Shown here: positions 26,526 to 29,712 of the stretch, one piece after another
Layout of the letters: every line of letters starts with the position of its first letter
How positions within the stretch are numbered: position 1 is the stretch's first letter
Assembly (NCBI GenBank): GCA_005222975.1
Contig: NJBI01000044.1
Span: 1 to 29,712, forward strand
Origin: Promethearchaeota archaeon Loki_b31
GTDB taxonomy: Archaea > Asgardarchaeota > Lokiarchaeia > Sigyniarchaeales > SOKP01
Direction: 5' to 3'
DNA: 29,712 nucleotides
Program-made: the position numbers and the translations under genes
Notes under the pieces: model-generated
Databases searched by the model: none
What the model saw: the letters and a program-made list of their open reading frames with translations, nothing else
What the model was told of the DNA's origin: nothing

Positions 26526-27020
26526 TTATTTATCTGGAGCTTTTCTACCTAACCATTTTTCGTAAAACGCGTCGATATCAGGCAAGAAATTGAATATGGT
26601 TGGATATCCTGGTGGTACAGATTCTGTATCAAGTAACGCCAAGCAACCTGGGCAAAAGTACTCTCTAAGCACATCCCACTCGGGATCGCTTGTCATATAT
26701 TTTGGATACAGTTCTTCTAATGCTTCATATGTATCTCTTACTCGTACCCTACACTTGGTTTTCCAGTTTTCTCGATAATCTCCAAATTCAAAGCCACAGT
26801 CGCATTTGACGATCCTATTTCCGTCCTTTGAGACAATATAGAGATGTTCGTGAAGTGGAAGTAAAATTTTTTCTGCCCAAGGTACTTTCTCTTGCAATAT
26901 CTCTAAAATCGCATCGAATCTATTTGGATCTTTTCTACCGCTAATTATAGGTTTAAGTTCGTTCCACGTTAAATCTCCGTTAATCATTCTTGCTAACGTC
27001 TTTTTATCTTCGTTTACCAT
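26526..27020 (-). CDS. acxC: Acetone carboxylase gamma subunit
   Basis: KCDCGFEFGDYRENWK, REYFCPGC, PPGYP..F.PDID; follows the alpha subunit. Confidence 0.88.
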   Translation of the reverse strand: MVNEDKKTLARMINGDLTWNELKPIISGRKDPNRFDAILEILQEKVPWAEKILLPLHEHLYIVSKDGNRIVKCDCGFEFGDYRENWKTKCRVRVRDTYEALEELYPKYMTSDPEWDVLREYFCPGCLALLDTESVPPGYPTIFNFLPDIDAFYEKWLGRKAPDK

Positions 27021-29237
27021 TTATTTCACCTCCATTTGAAAATCATCAGGAAGTTTCCAAAACTCTTTGAATTCTCTAGCCCATTTAATAGATAATGCAA
27101 TACTTTCTGAATACATTCTAGTCGCTGCTTCACCCAGCTTTTTTTCAGTTATCTTTTTTCTCTCTAGCTCCCAATATTCTTCGAACGGCAGAGATTTTTC
27201 CCTTCTTTCATTTTTTAACTCCTCTTGACGTGCTTTTGTAGCACTTTCATCTATGTTCCATTCCTCTTTTGCCTCTTCGTATTCCGCTACAACACCATAC
27301 ACGTTATAAACTATATCTTTAGTATATATTCCGTCGTTTAGATCTTGTTTTACTCTTTCTATCTTCCTTTCTAATGGATCTCCATATCCTGGACCTCCAC
27401 TCATAGCGAAATGGACAAGGTCGTAATTCTCTAAAATTACTGGATATATCGAACAATAAGGTTTTCTTGTTATGTCTGCCTTTATGTATTTCTCGAATTG
27501 TCCATTTCTAGGGTCTGGATCTCCTAACGGGTAGTCCGCTTGCTGTTGAATGATTTCTTTCATATTTGTATTTTTCGCGTAAAGACGATAACCCGTACCG
27601 TGAGGATATCCTCCATGCATCCCACCACTCCCATGAAAACATAAACCTTCTTTGGCTCCAAAAAAGTCAACTTCTCTTGAATACGCTATCATGGCTATTC
27701 CTTCGTAATTTGCGCCTCCTCTATACTTCCCGTGTCCAGGACTATTAGGTTTTACTCTCCTCGCTAAATAAGGAATACCTCCTTGAAATAATTCCCAGGT
27801 TTCTACATCTCCAAGATCAGCTTCTGGATTCCACATCGCATATCCCCAGTTTAGTCCATCTCTTACGGCACTAGCTCCTAAACCTTGACCACTGATCTCG
27901 AAGGTCGAAAGAGACCATCTTTCACCTTTTAAAGGACCCGAAGAATAAAACCCACCACCTTGAATTGCATCCCCCGTAAATCCGTAACCTGGTACTACCT
28001 CTTCTCTAAATCCACGAGAATATAATCCATAAGAAATACTTTTCATCATCCCTGTATATGCCGGGATCAGATTACCCCAGGGGCTCTGGTATGAAAGATA
28101 GGGATCACCCGGATTGCACCAAGTTCCTAATGGATATTCCTTCTCAACAGCAAAATAGGCTCCATCGTTTACTTTATCTCCATATATTAATATCTGGGTT
28201 AATAAAACCCACTGACCGCCTTCCATTGCTCCTTTACCGCAATTCATTGGATTTGGTCCGGAACCACTTGCTCCGTCAAATGTAAGAGAAATTCCCCCTT
28301 CCTCACCAATAACGATTTCAATTGGCATATTGCTTATTTTATCAATTTTAGCTCTTGGTTGCCACGCTTCGTTTTTAAAACCGATATCAAAAAACGATGC
28401 TGCCCTATACCTTCCCGGAATTAAACGTTCTTTTACTCTCTCTAAAACTATTAGCCTCCCTTCTTCTATTGCTTCTCTCATAAATCGTTTGTAGTAATCA
28501 ATCCCTTCTGTCTTTATAAAATCTAAGACAGCGTCTCGAATCATTAAATTACCAGCCATTCTACATTTTTCGTCTAATTCCCAATACATGGGTGTCCTTA
28601 CGGCTCTTTTAGCGTTAATCATATGATCTTTCCAAATTTTGTCATTAGAACCTATTTTTCTACAAGTGTAATAAATTCCGTCGTCAAAACGTTGAATCGC
28701 AGAAACTAAATCGTGTCCTGGAGTAATACCGCCCGCATCTATTTGATGAGTCACTCCACCGGCCCAGCCTATTAATTCGTTCTCCCAATAAATAGGGATA
28801 AGCGTCTGAACATCTGTTGTATGAACATTCCCACAATTAGGATCGTTATTTAAAAATATTTCTCCAGGGTTAATACCGGGATCATCCTCGTAATCCTCTC
28901 TAATCATAAACTTTATCGCTTCGCTCATCGTGTGAACGTGTACTAATATACCTGTTGAAACTACTATGGAATCTCCCTCCGGCGTATATAATGCGAAGCA
29001 TAATTCACCTATTTCTTTGACAATTGGTGAAGCAGCTACATGTAAAGCCGTTTCTCTTGCAGATACTAAAGCACCCCTTAAACTAGCATAAGCTCGTTCG
29101 TATCTGAACGGATCTTTTTCTTTTAAGCTTAACTTCTCTATTCCATAATATCGTTTTGTTTTTTCAATGAGTTCTTCGCTTTCGTTCAGCATTTCTTTAA
29201 GAGATTTTCCATTCCATCCTATAGGATTTTTTGACAT
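27021..29237 (-). CDS. acxB: Acetone carboxylase alpha subunit (hydantoinase B/oxoprolinase family)
   Basis: ASPIVKEIGELCFALY, STGILVHVHTM, NNDP..GNVHTTD, GGVTH, WNPEADLGDVE.WE, GGPGYGDPLER. Confidence 0.88.
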   Translation of the reverse strand: MSKNPIGWNGKSLKEMLNESEELIEKTKRYYGIEKLSLKEKDPFRYERAYASLRGALVSARETALHVAASPIVKEIGELCFALYTPEGDSIVVSTGILVHVHTMSEAIKFMIREDYEDDPGINPGEIFLNNDPNCGNVHTTDVQTLIPIYWENELIGWAGGVTHQIDAGGITPGHDLVSAIQRFDDGIYYTCRKIGSNDKIWKDHMINAKRAVRTPMYWELDEKCRMAGNLMIRDAVLDFIKTEGIDYYKRFMREAIEEGRLIVLERVKERLIPGRYRAASFFDIGFKNEAWQPRAKIDKISNMPIEIVIGEEGGISLTFDGASGSGPNPMNCGKGAMEGGQWVLLTQILIYGDKVNDGAYFAVEKEYPLGTWCNPGDPYLSYQSPWGNLIPAYTGMMKSISYGLYSRGFREEVVPGYGFTGDAIQGGGFYSSGPLKGERWSLSTFEISGQGLGASAVRDGLNWGYAMWNPEADLGDVETWELFQGGIPYLARRVKPNSPGHGKYRGGANYEGIAMIAYSREVDFFGAKEGLCFHGSGGMHGGYPHGTGYRLYAKNTNMKEIIQQQADYPLGDPDPRNGQFEKYIKADITRKPYCSIYPVILENYDLVHFAMSGGPGYGDPLERKIERVKQDLNDGIYTKDIVYNVYGVVAEYEEAKEEWNIDESATKARQEELKNERREKSLPFEEYWELERKKITEKKLGEAATRMYSESIALSIKWAREFKEFWKLPDDFQMEVK
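27027..27035 (-). promoter_or_regulatory. SD GGAGGTG for acxC embedded in the last codons of acxB
   Basis: ATGGAGGTGAAATAAATG; stop directly abuts the next start. Confidence 0.7.
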
Positions 29238-29242
29238 TATTT

Positions 29243-29541
29243 TTAAGACACCTCCATGTGAAATATTCTATGCTTATCAAGTTTTACACGGAAACCAAGA
29301 GGAACTACTAAGGTTGTTGCTGGTGCTTCAATAATTGCAGGCCCCTCAATTTTATTGCCTGTTTTAAGTAATTCCATTTCCCAAAGATTTGCTTCGTGCC
29401 AATCTTTTCCCCAAAATATATCTCGACTTCCTTTAGAAGCTTCATCATCAGGTTTTTCTTTTTTTAATTCGTGATCAGGAAGTATTGGTTTTGGTACAGG
29501 CACTATCCCCGTTGCTATAGCTTTTGTAATATGGTAGCCTA
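29243..29541 (-). pseudogene. acxA: 3' fragment of the acetone carboxylase beta subunit (hydantoinase A family), cut off by IS630
   Basis: LGYHITKAIATGIVPVPKP...LKTGNKIEGPAIIEAPATTLVVP is the AcxA/HyuA C-terminus; sequence upstream of it is IS DNA. Confidence 0.85.
29249..29257 (-). promoter_or_regulatory. SD GGAGGTG for acxB embedded in the last codons of acxA
   Basis: ATGGAGGTGTCTTAAAAATAATG. Confidence 0.7.
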
Positions 29542-29712
29542 GTACATAATTCACTTAATTCGGTTTACTTTTAATCTTGAATTTCACCTCTGCTTGTTTT
29601 CTGCTAAATTTCCAATTTATTCCAATTTTTTCCCTATTTCGTTCATGTACCCAAGCTTGGACCTCTTCCCGTAATGTTTCCTCGTTAGGAAAACGACGAC
29701 CATTCAAGCATT
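29542..29712 (-). mobile_element. Right end of an IS630-family insertion sequence (continues beyond the window)
   Basis: Transposase C-terminus followed by a short end ...GTGAATTATGTAC and the TA of CTAG at 29539-29542; IS630 elements insert at and duplicate TA. Confidence 0.85.
29555..29712 (-). CDS. IS630 transposase, C-terminal fragment
   Basis: CLNGRRFPNEETLREEVQAWVHERNREKIGINWKFSRKQAEVKFKIKSKPN* fits the IS630 'CL.RR....L..E..AW...RN.....I.W.F' tail. Confidence 0.85.
   Translation of the reverse strand, partial: CLNGRRFPNEETLREEVQAWVHERNREKIGINWKFSRKQAEVKFKIKSKPN

Noticed and set aside
29243-29554. Stand-alone 103 aa gene as given in the ORF track
   Set aside because: Its first codons come from the IS630 end; the rest is the acxA C-terminus
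1-29712. CRISPR array, tRNA or rRNA genes
   Set aside because: No regularly spaced repeats or GC-rich structured RNA segments seen; a tRNAscan-SE/Infernal run would be needed to exclude them formally

Overview
AT-rich archaeal DNA, most consistent with an Asgard (Lokiarchaeia/Promethearchaeota-like) genome; this is inferred from gene content only. The first ~12 kb looks like stable metabolic backbone: hdrC-hdrB, orphan Ni-maturation genes hypC and cooC (cooC apparently needs an ATT start), a coiled-coil/HEAT protein, cyclophilin, and a fused ADP-forming acyl-CoA synthetase with its DRTGG partner. From ~12 to 25 kb is a plastic accessory region. It holds a twice-broken GH32 fructosidase and a ~0.94 kb tandem duplication carrying two OB-fold/2TM/double-zinc-ribbon genes with a hypervariable membrane loop. 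It also holds an arylsulfotransferase-like / GT-C glycosyltransferase / Thr-nucleophile sulfatase-like cluster split by a 663 bp insert between 123 bp direct repeats, an internally deleted alpha/beta hydrolase, an RHH-DUF5678-aspartyl protease fusion and a decayed RelE/ParE toxin-antitoxin pair. The right end has an Eis-like GNAT and an acetone-carboxylase-type acxABC operon whose acxA is interrupted by an IS630-family element at a CTAG site. I saw no rRNA, tRNA or CRISPR array. The best novelty candidates are the variable OB-2TM-zinc-ribbon pair, the sulfotransferase/GT-C/Thr-sulfatase cluster, the RHH-DUF5678-protease fusion, and two duplications that both end just after a downstream start codon. 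All family calls come from motif recognition by eye, not database searches.
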